Positions 47,549 to 59,500 of a stretch of DNA of 64,000 bases are shown here, in pieces. The position numbers were made by a program, and so were the translations under genes. This stretch comes from Octopus vulgaris (Eukaryota): assembly GCA_951406725.2 (NCBI GenBank), contig OX597823.1:96596001-96660000 (forward strand), in the 5' to 3' direction. The stretch's first letter is position 1; every line of letters begins with the position of its first letter. The notes under the pieces are model-generated. The model had not been told where the DNA came from and searched no databases. It was given only the letters and a program-made list of their open reading frames with translations.

Positions 47549-50500
47549 CTGAAGTTGTCTGTGTATGGCAGGTTTGGTAGCCTTCAACTAACACTATCTC
47601 CTCCTAGACCCTGCGGCGCAAGTTGACCAAAATTGTGAGTATGATAGAAGAAGGCTTGCTCTTCCTTCCGTAGAAGAAAAAATTCAAATCGGACCATGTT
47701 AACACCAAAAATTATTTACATCAAAAAGGTGCTTTTTTTTTCTATGAAAATCCCTATTTTTTACGATTTTTTACTGTTGTCTTCGCCATTTTTCGGTGTA
47801 TTTCAACCAGAAAAATGTTCACTTAAAGAGAATAACAAGCTACATAATGCAAAATTTTTACTTTTCAAAAATTCCAATTGTAAAGTGTTGAAACAAACCC
47901 GAGCAATACCGGGCAATACTGCTAGTAATAAATAATATTAGTCAGCAATGAAATTTTGAAGACCAAATCTTAGTGATTATTAAAAAGAAAATAACAGATT
48001 ATAAAAGAAAAACTTACATGGATTTTTTCTCCACTGCTAATGTTATAGGCTGTTGAACAAAGTATCTTTTTGGGGAGTTTGGTAACAGCAAGGAATAATT
48101 TCTGCAACAAAGAAGATAAAGAAAATCATAAAACAAATTTTTTTTTAAATAAAAAGACCAAATATTGATAAGCCAAGGCAACATGAAATTCATACAATAA
48201 TCAATATAAAATACAAAAATGAGACAATGTCTACAAGATTGAAGACTGAACAAGTAACCACAAGGTTTCAAGTTCAAATCATGCAGCCAACAACCAAATT
48301 ACATTATGCCATTTGCCTGATTTTTCCGCTCCCACTCCATGGCTGATTATTAACCATAAAGTGCTTCGAGCTGTAAAACTACTTATGTAAAACGGAATGT
48401 AAATGTTGAATTTTTGCAAAAACTTTACATACAAGTCAGCTGAAGTGAAATGGAAACAAACAAAAGAACTCATCCATTTGCATAAGACGTTAAAATTGCC
48501 TGACCGATAAAATCTTGGGACAGCAAATCCTCTATGATGGTCAACAATCAATGACAAGATGAGCTCCTACTGGTCACACCATCCCAAAGTGTGTATGCAT
48601 GTAACCAGGGACCAGGAGTGAACTTGTATTCCAACTGAAATTCAGAACAGTTGTTGGATGGAACCAGCTCAACTCATTCCGGATGAATACAGATACATTC
48701 TGGAAGACGACTGGTAGAACAAGTACCAGGCTTAAAAGAGTTGATCTATTTGGCTAACAATACTTCAAGGCAGGGCCCCAGCATGGCCACAGTCAAATGA
48801 CTGGAACAAGCAAAAAAGAAAAAGAAAATTAAAAGAATCATTGACTTACATATTTGACTGAATAAGGTGCTGGTCGACTGAGAATTAGAGTTGAAAAGTC
48901 ACAGAGAAAAGAAGATAGGGCATCCCTGGTGTCGGTTTTGAGGCCAGCTTCCAGACCAAGTTTTAGGTGTTCCACAAACAGCGACCAAATATAAACGACG
49001 AGATCATCTGATCAAATAATATCAAATGGATTATCATTAGAATTTAGAAAGGTTAAAAAATGTATCTTGAAACAAGAGCAAGAGGACATTAAGTGAAATA
49101 TGAACATATATATATATATATATATATGTATACATACCTGGTGCATCTGCAGAACATACCAATTCCACTAAACTATAGGCAATAACACTGCATTGTTTAA
49201 GAAATAGTGCTGGTCCCATTATAATGTTAGAATTCAAAGGTTCTGCAGGGGAAAAGAGAAAATATATATTAATGCAAATAGAGGTATGAATTAAATATTT
49301 AGGTATCAATATGAGAGATCAGCATCGTTTTCGTGTCCTTTGTTCCATGTTTGCATGAGTCAGATGCAAAATGCCCTTCTTGCAGTCAACCATCACTTGT
49401 TTCCAAGCAAGGTAATGCTTTCCCCCCATTGCCAGACATGTTTACACAGATGACTGGAAACAGACCATAGAAATCATAGAAAGTGCGATCCCTCTAACTG
49501 AAAAATTGTGGATTTGTATAAAGGATACACACACACACACACAGACATTTTGCCGTTTATATATATAGAGATTTTACAATACTGTAACCATTTACATGTC
49601 TTGGTACCTGAGACTCAGCCCAAGGAACCTCATGTTGGATATGTGACTATATAAAATCTAATGTATGGCAACACTGTTGAAAACAAATTTGTTAATAGGT
49701 GCAGATGTTGCTGTGTGGGTGACAATCTTGCTTCCAAACCGGGTGGTCTGGGACGCAGTTTCTCTACTACAGCCCCAGAGTCATGAGTGTATTTGATGGA
49801 GGAAGTCCACTGTGTGTGTGTGTGTGTGTGCATGCCAGCTCTGACATTTCATGATGGCTGTAAAATGAGCAGCACAACCATACGAGCTATGTTGTTCATT
49901 TGTAATCTTTCATGAAAAGTGAGGCCATGGGAGACCTTACCCTGTTTGGAAACAGAGTTGTTGACAGGAAGGGCATCTGACCACAGAAAATCTGCCTTAA
50001 CCCTTTTGTTACTGTATTTCTGTTGAGATGCTCTGTATTTTTTTCAATTAATTTTAAATATAACAAAGAATTTAGTAAAATAACTTAGTTATCATTCAGC
50101 TGGTGTTAGGAACATAAATTGTGACTAAGGTTTGGTGGAAGATTTTAATTCAGAACTTATGAAAACAAGACATTTGTACTACAGAGCCGGTTTCAGCCAG
50201 GTTGGTAACGAAAGGGTTAATGCATGCCATCTGACACATGGAAGCAAGTAGAAGTTAAACAATTATGAAATTTTATAAACTGGTTTAGATAACAGAATTT
50301 GTAACAAATGATAAAAAATGGAAGTTTTTTAATACGTACCAAGATCAAATTTTATAGTGGGGTAATCAACATGTGCTGGAGGAAGCTGCAGAAGATGTGC
50401 TATAGCCTCCAACCCTTTCAGTTGGAGAGAGGGAAAAGATGGCCACAAAGTTCCCTGACTGGGAAGGGAGATGCTGCTACTAACTGAACCTTTAACAAAT

Positions 50501-53500
50501 AAATCGAAAAAAATAAAGATTATTATAATCATAATTTTAATTAACAAAATAGTTTTATTTGAAATTAATAATTTGCTAATCCAAGTCTTATCAGAATACT
50601 TCAGGTTCAAAGAGTTGACAAGTTTTTTTTTAACTTTGAATAGAATTCAAAACTAACGCCTTACTTCCCTGGGCATGGATACATTGAAACTCCGACGTCT
50701 GGCAGCTGACTTGGCAGACACCCATAAAATTATTAACCATCTTACAAACAATAACTCTGAGCACCTTTTCAAACTCCACCCGTCTAACACTCGTGGACAT
50801 ATTTACAAAGTCAGAAAACAGCACATCTCCCATGACTTTCGGAAACATCTTTTCACGCTAAGAGTTGCTGAAGCATGGAACAAACTGCTGGCATCAGTTG
50901 TTAGTTGTCGGAGCACTGCATCCTTCAAAACTTCCATGCTTCCTGAGATTCGCCAACACTACACCTGATTTTCTCCCCTCCATACACATGCAAGCATGTA
51001 TCTGACTCATACACTGTTCGCTTTCCAGACATTTGTACATTACTGCATATGCTTTATACGCACTTTTGAGCACTGTATACAATAGCTTCATTATTATTAT
51101 TATTACAAGCCTTACATTTAATGTTTTTTCTATGACCAATCAAGGGCACAAAACATTGGAATCAAAATGAAAAAACTCAACAGTAAAAATCAGGTTTGCC
51201 ACTAATTGTTTTCTATATTTGTCAGTCGTTACTGATTCAGGGCAAAATGTGTCTTAACCCTTTAGCATTCATAATTACTGTGAAAAGTAATGCTTGTTTA
51301 TTTACATCATTTTGAATTTATGAATTATCTTTTAGTTTTGAGATTTTGATGTGATTATTCATTTTCAAAATGATATTGTATGTTCAGTGTGAGAGGCCAG
51401 ATATGACTAGTTTGAACATAAAACAGAATACTTTGAACCAGATTTGATTAGTTTAAATGCTAAAAGGTTACACTAATAAAAAAATATCTTGTCTAATACA
51501 GAGTCCCTAACTTGGACCCATTTGACTTTTTCTAAGAAAGACTCTTAAAAACTAGCACCTATCCCTGAAATCTAATGCTGAACTCAAAAACCATAGAATT
51601 GCCTACAGTAAATTTGAATACGATGACCCAGAACAAGGTAACCACATTATATACTTAACCATTTTATTTAAACATATAATAATGCTTGCAAAGACCTATC
51701 GAGGCAAGTGAAATTGAAATCAAATTCGATGGCTGGCATCCGTGCTAGTGGAACTCTAAGAGCACGATCTGAGCGTGATCATTGCTGGACTGGCTCCAGT
51801 GCAGGTGGCACATAAAAAACACCATTTGAGCATGGCAGTTGCCAGTACCACCTGACTGGTCCTCATGCTGGTGGCACGTAAAAGCACCCACTACACTCTC
51901 GAAGTGGTTGGCGTTAAGAAAGGCATCCAGCTGTAGAAACTCTGCCAAATCGGATTGGAGCCTGGTGCAGCCTTCTGGTTTGCCAGTTGAGTCAAATCGT
52001 CCAACCTATGCTAGCATGGAAAGCGGACGTTAAACGATGATGATGATGAATAAAAAATATAGAAGTTAAATGATACTCACTTAGTGTAGGTGTGTTACGA
52101 GCTCCTTGGGTCCACTTTCCACCAACACAAAAGCGTAATAAAGGAGTACAAACCTTGTAGGAAGAAAATTTCAAAACTAAATATATCTCAAGAAATAATA
52201 AAATGATACATGTTTTCAGATTTGTAAAATAAAATAATAAAAAAGGTAATTACTGCATGGGATACAGATCTCCAAAAAGAATATCTACAAGTTAAATATA
52301 ATACCAACAATATGAAAAAATAATGCACCCTTTTAAAGCCTAACCAGGCTCATGGGCCCAGTTTCCCGGTTTCTATGGTGTATGTGTTCCCCTGCTGGAC
52401 GGGACGCCAGTCCATCGCAGCGTTACTCATTTTTGCCAGCTGAGTGGACTGGAGCAACGTGAAATGAAGTGTTTTGCTCAAGAACACAACGCATCGCCTA
52501 GTCCAGGAATCGAAACCACAATCTTACAATGCTGATACCCTAACCACTAAGCCACGCACCTCCACTAATACGAAGAATACAAGACAAGACAGAAAACAGT
52601 GGAAAAAAAATGGTGCTCCAGCATCGTTACAGCGAAATGGCTAAAACCAATAATTTCCCATAGGTGGGATATTTACATTAATATTACAATTTAAAATGTA
52701 ATTACTAAACTATCTAAAAGGTAGCAGTACATCATCTGCAAGGAGTGTGAACTCACAATTATTAACGCTTTTGATAGCAAGCCACCTGAGATAGCTTCTA
52801 GCTCTATATGAATTCTCTATTTTGAAGTGATCTAAAAACTGCCATCAAAATTTCGTAATTTATGTTCCAAAAAGCCAGCTTAAAAATGACAGAGGTATTT
52901 TGATAATTTTTTTCATTATTTTTTAAATTAATTGAAACAAAAGCAGTGTATTGCAATGAAATATGCAAATAAAAGGGTTAAATGTACAAGCTAACAAGGG
53001 GAAGCTTTACACAGCTAGGAACCAGCAACTTGCAAGACTAATAACACCATGTATCAGACAATTTTGATAACTAATTGTCAGACCAACATCACAAATGAAC
53101 TTTATATATATATATATATATATATAAATTAATAATAATAATAATATTAGGGAGTAAATCCAAACTTACAAGGAAAAATTAGATTTAGGATTAAATCCAA
53201 TTTTATAGTATAAATATATATATAGACAAATTCATTTGTGATGTTGGAGGTCTGACAATTAGCTATCAAAATTGTCTGATACATGGTGTTATTAGTCTTG
53301 CAAGTTGCTGGTTCCTAGCTGTATAAAGCTTCCCCTTGTTAGCTTGTACATTTAACCCTTTTATTAGCATATTTCATTGCAATACACTGCTTTTGTTTCA
53401 ATTAATTTTTAAAATAATGAAAAAAATTATTTTTTATATATTTTTTATTAATTTTATTTCTATGTATTGGTTTATGATTTTCACTGATTTGCCTAATAGT

Positions 53501-56500
53501 GGTCTTATCTCTAATTTAATATAATATATATATATTATTCAGTACAAATATTCAAGATATGACAACATTATATAAGATCAGTCATCTGTCATTCAGCACC
53601 ATTTACAATCAATATTCTTGTACTAAGTAGAGAGAAGAAAGGAACATTAAAAACTTGCTACCTCACTTACCATATCAAAATTACCCAACAGTTTGGTGTC
53701 CAACTTTCTGACAAAATACCACCAAACTTCCAGTTTCTTTAAGGCCACGTTCTCAGTTTTGGCATTGTTAATTTTGAAGACTTGCATCAAAAGTTTGATG
53801 CGCTTCTGGTCCCCAATAATGGCTGCAAAATTTTACAATGGAAAAAATATTAAAGAAAGTCAACCTTTTGAATGTAAAACTAAGTACAATTAGTAGCAGG
53901 TGAATATATACTTTTCTGATACTGCCGGCTCTAGTTTCTCTAGTTAATCTGTAGAGAATTTTAAAATGCAACAGCAATGCTAATATAGATGGAGCACAGT
54001 ATTGGCTTAGAAGCCCTATAATAAACTTGGCAGTATATTGTGGTTGCATAATGAAATGCAGTATCTCTACCTGCAATTAATATTTGTCTGTGTCAGCAGA
54101 TGGAATGCACGCTTGCAAGAATAAGTTAGCAAAGAACTTCAGTAATCTAAACAGCTTGGCATGGAATTCTTGTTATAGATTTAATTTGCCTTTATGCAAA
54201 AGTTTCCTTTTGAAGGCGGCAAGCTTGCAGAATCGTTAGCAGTATTTCGCCTGCCGCTACATTCTGAGTTCAAATTCTGCCAAGGTCAACTTTGCCTTTC
54301 ATCCTTTGGGGGTCGATTTAATCGATTAATCCATTTGTCTGTACTTGTTTGTCCTCTCTGTGTTTAGCCCCTTGTGGGTAGCAAAGAAATAGGTAATCTG
54401 TGCTCTGTTTCAAAAATACTAGCAGAGAATGGTCAATGGCAACACTGCCCATTCCTGTCTTGTGATGAACAAACAAAAAAGTGTCTGTGTAAGAGCAAGT
54501 GTACAGATAAAACCGTGTGTAGGAGAATGTATTCCTAAACACAAAACTATGAAAACAAGAGTCCATACGCAAAAAACGGACTGTATTGCATGTGGGATTA
54601 GTATTGCAACTGCTAATTAAAAAAAAGGTAAAATGCATATTTTATTAAATTGCTTTATGAGATGGATATTTTAAAACGGAAAAAAGATTAATAATGTCAA
54701 AATTTACCAGGGTTTGAAGCAAAATTTTCAATAAGGTATTTCCAGGCACTAAAAGCTTCATATTTGATATTTGGGTTAGGGCTCTTAAAGCCAAGCTCTA
54801 CAATTGGAAGGAGTTGGTTGATGAAGACGCAATGTAATTCCTGCAAAAGAGAGAAAAAAATTAAATCACCAATTATGGCTTGGAAATCCAATGGTGGAAT
54901 ATATGTTGGGATTTATTTTTAATCCACTTCATGAAAAAGGGAAGAAAAGATGAAAATAGACATAAAAGAGAACGAATATTTACCGTTCCTAATAACTGAA
55001 CCAGCAGACTCCATACTCTCAAGACGTATACTTCATTTCTGCTCTGAAATAGCTTTTTCAATTCAGAAGCCATTTTCTAGAAGGAAATTTTAGAAATAAA
55101 ATTATTTTAAGTAAAGAATAAGATAATATATATCTGCAGTTAATAGATAAAAAAGAATAAAATATATATATCTTTATTATAATGAAAACGTAATAATAAA
55201 GTAGAAGGAAAACAAAAGTGCAAAATTAGAAATTTGAACAGGAATAAGACTCAAAGACACTTAATTTAAAGCTTTCCCCTTTTGTCATTGGAATTGTGGG
55301 AACAATAAAAAGCAATGTTCCTGCTCAATGAGAGTTGACACAAAGCTATATAACAACTTGAAACCACATTTCAAATACAAGATTAATAACAACAAAGTTG
55401 TTTTATTAAATTCAATTTTTTCAAAATTAACTAATTGGGATCATGGCCATCCATCCATCCATACAGGCAGGCATGTTGTCTACATCCCTCTCTCAGCTGA
55501 AGGGCCCTAGTTTGGCAGGCTTGTGAGTGCTGGTGCCAGGTAAAAGTGCCCATGCCAGTAGCACATTAAAAGCTACACAGTACGTACAGTAAAGTGGTTG
55601 GTGTCAGGAAAGGCATCCAGCTGTAGAAACCATACCAAAAGACAAAATGGAGCTAGCTCCTGTCAAACCGTCCAACTTGTGCCAGCATGGAGAATGGATG
55701 TTAAATGTTGATGATGGTGATGAATTGAAACAAAAGCAGTGTATTTCAATAGAAATATGGCAAGAATATGTAATCCTAACAAGCAATAAATAATACTTAC
55801 TGTTTTGACATCGGCAACCATTGAAGCAACTAAACCATTTGGATTGACAAGAAGGGCTGGCAGGGCTATGCTGAGGGCTTGAAGAGCTTTCTCACGAATT
55901 CTAATAGCTCCATGTCCCAATAAGGAATAGACATGATGGCTCCAGTTAATAGCTTTCTCATTCATCTTTTTTGGAACTTGCTGTAGCAACCTGCCGAAAG
56001 AAAAAGAAACAGTTTTACTTCAATAGAGCCGTGGGAAAATGGGGGAGAAATGCCTTGAGAAGAACTTTCAGTGACAACATCAGCATGGTTTAATTACTTG
56101 CTTTTCTAGGCCTACATGGCAGATTTTCTACAATAGGATGCTCTTCCAGTCACCAACTCTTACATGTTTTCAAGCAATTATTTCCCCATAGTCACAGGTT
56201 TCCATGGAAACAAAATGTACGACAATGATGCTTACTTACAACCATTGTGCACTGCCAAGACAAAGAGATGCAACATATACACAACAGGCTTCTTTCAGTT
56301 TCTGCCCACCAAATCCTTTCATCAGCTCGAAGCTAAAGAAAGAAAAACTTACCTAAAGTATCCTGATGTGGGATTGAACCCAAAACAACGTAGTTGGAAA
56401 GCAAACTTCTTAACCACACATCCATGCTTGTATTGTTATAAAAAAAAAAAAAAATCAATATTTGCAATTGGATGGGGAATTATTTGGTAGCAGTTTACCA

Positions 56501-59500
56501 GTGGATGCCTTTTCTGTTATTGACCCTCACCTGTTTTTCAAACTAGGGATTTCTCCATCCCACATCTTTGAAAAGCACATGTCTGGTCAAATAATATCAA
56601 CAACACTTCACTATTTCACTCAGAGAATCACATAGGAATTGACTTAACAATTACATGCATTTCATTTCATTTGAGTCCATGCTCAGGCCAAGTCGAAGAC
56701 TCCACCCTCAGAGTCTGGTGTGGTTGCCAGGTTGTATTCTCTGTTTAATTTTGACATGTGTAGGAGCGAGTTTGAGTCAGTTTGTGCTCGTGTATATCCT
56801 GGGAGATGGGGTTCATCTCTAATGGTGCTTAAGTATCTATCCAGCTGCAATTTGAATGATTCCACACTGCATCCTGATAGATTTCTGACATGTACCGGAA
56901 TGGAGTTGAATAGTTGTGCTCCTCGAACCAACAGACTTGATTCTCGCAGGGTTTTTGCTGCCTGGCCAGCCTTTTTGTTGATTGGTGGTAGCTGGCAGCG
57001 TCTTCCGTGGCGCAGTGAGTGGTAGGTTTTGATACCAAAGTTTGGCACCTTTTGCTCTATCATTTTCCAAATGTATATAATTCGGTATCGCTCAAATCTT
57101 CTTTCTATTGAGTACATCCTCAAGGTTTTGAGTCTTTGCCAATAGTCCAGGTCCCTCGTTTCTGAGAAGTATGAGGTAAAATTTCTTTGGAGCGATTCCA
57201 TCTTAGATAGTTGGCCCTTTGTTGTTGGTGACCACAACTGAGAACAGTAGTCAATCCTCGGAAGTATCATACTGTTCCAGAGGGTTTTCATTGTTGAGGT
57301 ATCTCTTGATTTGAAGGTGCGCAAGATCCACCTGCTGTACTTTCTTGCAGTAAGACAGACTGAGTCAAGGTGTTCTCTGAATTTTAGGCTGGTTCCCATG
57401 TGGATGCCTAAATCTTTCACATACTGTTTTTCCATTATTTGTTGTCCTGATGGGTTTCTGTAGTTTGTTGTATTTTTCAGATCTTGATCTGTTCCGTAGC
57501 GAATTAGTTCAAACTTCTTATCATTGAACAACATGTTTGTTGCCTGCCATTTATATATGGTGGTCAGGTCCTTTTGTAAGGCCTCTGTATCCACCTCGTC
57601 TTTGATTTGTCTCATGACCCTGTTGTCATCAGCAAAGGATGAGACGTTGCTGGTTGTATCTTCATCTATATCAGAGATGAGGATGAGAAACAGGATTGGG
57701 CCGAGTACTGTACCCTGCATGCACACAAAATGTGGCTCCATCTATCAATTCCACTCACCAAGTATTAATTGGTGTGAGCCTATAGTTAAAGGCATTTTGT
57801 AAGCTGGGTAAGCATATCCATTTGATCTTGTACTAAAACTTGTACGTGGACTTCATAGCCTTAGAAATTCATCTCTATCAAATTGGCTATTTTGTTCTAT
57901 AAAAGGAAATAAAATTATAAATTCCAATGCAATACTAAAGAGGACAACAGTTAAAAAATAAGAATAAAAAAATCATAACATACAAACCTTACAACTAAAT
58001 TGACAGCTTCGTGTTCGACCAATACAGACTGAGAGAGTGGCTTTGAGAATGAATGTTCTAAGGCATCCAAGATAGGATTTATCTGGGAGAAGTAAAAGGG
58101 AGAAAAAGTCATGAATAGGAATAAAACTGAACAGATTATCAGCGACAATGTTATATGTACACCTAAACTGAAAAAATCATGTTATTTAATGGCCAACTTC
58201 CATGCTAACATGAGTTGGATGATTCCACTGAATACAATTTGTGAAAGGATTGTCATGCTCCAATGGTCTGCTTTTACATGGTCTCTATAGCTGGATGCCC
58301 TTCTTAACACCAACCATTTCAGAATGTATGGGGTGCTTTTTTTTTTTGTAGAACCAGCAGTAGTGAAGTCACCATGTGGACTGACTCACAAAATTAAGCC
58401 ACCCTTCAATTGAGAGAGAGGGTATAGTAGGGAACGAGGATGTTTCAAGGATGAAAGGTTAAAGTCTGAAAGAAAGGGCCAGAACAGGTTTCTTGTTGTA
58501 GAGGAGACACATGGCTATCTTGCATTATGTGTTTTCAAGGAGGCAGTGAAAAGACGAAGATGACACAATATTTCAGTGTGACTACTGTTTCTCTCCCCAT
58601 CTACATTAATTGCCAAATTGTTTTTCAGCCCACAAACTCCTCTTCTATTCACAAGTACCCACTCAAGCATAAGTAGTAACAATCATGTTCTCCTTGCTTT
58701 CAAACTAAGTACTTCAAACCTGTTCCATCATAATATACCAGAGTGTGCATTTCAGATTTTCACTAAATCACCAAAGTCTTTTGTTGGGGATCCTTAATCG
58801 CTATTGTGTCTCCAACATTCTCCTAAAACAATGGTCCTGAAAGAAATCAAGCTTTAATGTGTTTACTGCATGTATCTATTTAGAGTTCCACAAATACATA
58901 TAATCATCAACACCATTGTTTTAACATCCACTTTTCCCATGCAAGCATGGATCAGATGGAATTCGGTGAGGTACATTTTTCTATGGCCAGATGCCCTTTC
59001 TGTCACCAATCCTCACCTGTTTCCAGATAAAGTCCCCATGGCTGGATATGTTTTCACGGAGAATAGAAACAAATGACACTGCTATATGACTGTGACACTT
59101 GTTTACAACTATCATGCAATTTGACAAGGAGGCAAAAGCGCGCACACACACAAGTCTTATTTCAGTTTCCATCTACCAAAGCCATTCACAAGGTTTTGGT
59201 CAGTTCAGAATTACATAAGACACTTGCCCAAGGTGTCATGCAGCAGGAATGAACCCAAAACTACATCACTGGGAGGCAAACTTATTAACCATACAGCAAT
59301 GCTTGTACCAATATCTATGTGTAGGAGTGGCTGTGTGATAAGTAGCTTGCTTACCAACCACATGATTCCAGGTTCAGTCCCACTGTGTGGCACCTTGGAC
59401 AGGTGTCTTCTACCATAGCCTCAGGCTGACCAAAGCTTTATGAGTAGATTTGGTAGACAAAAACTGAAAGAAGCACATCATATATATGTGAGCGTGTATT

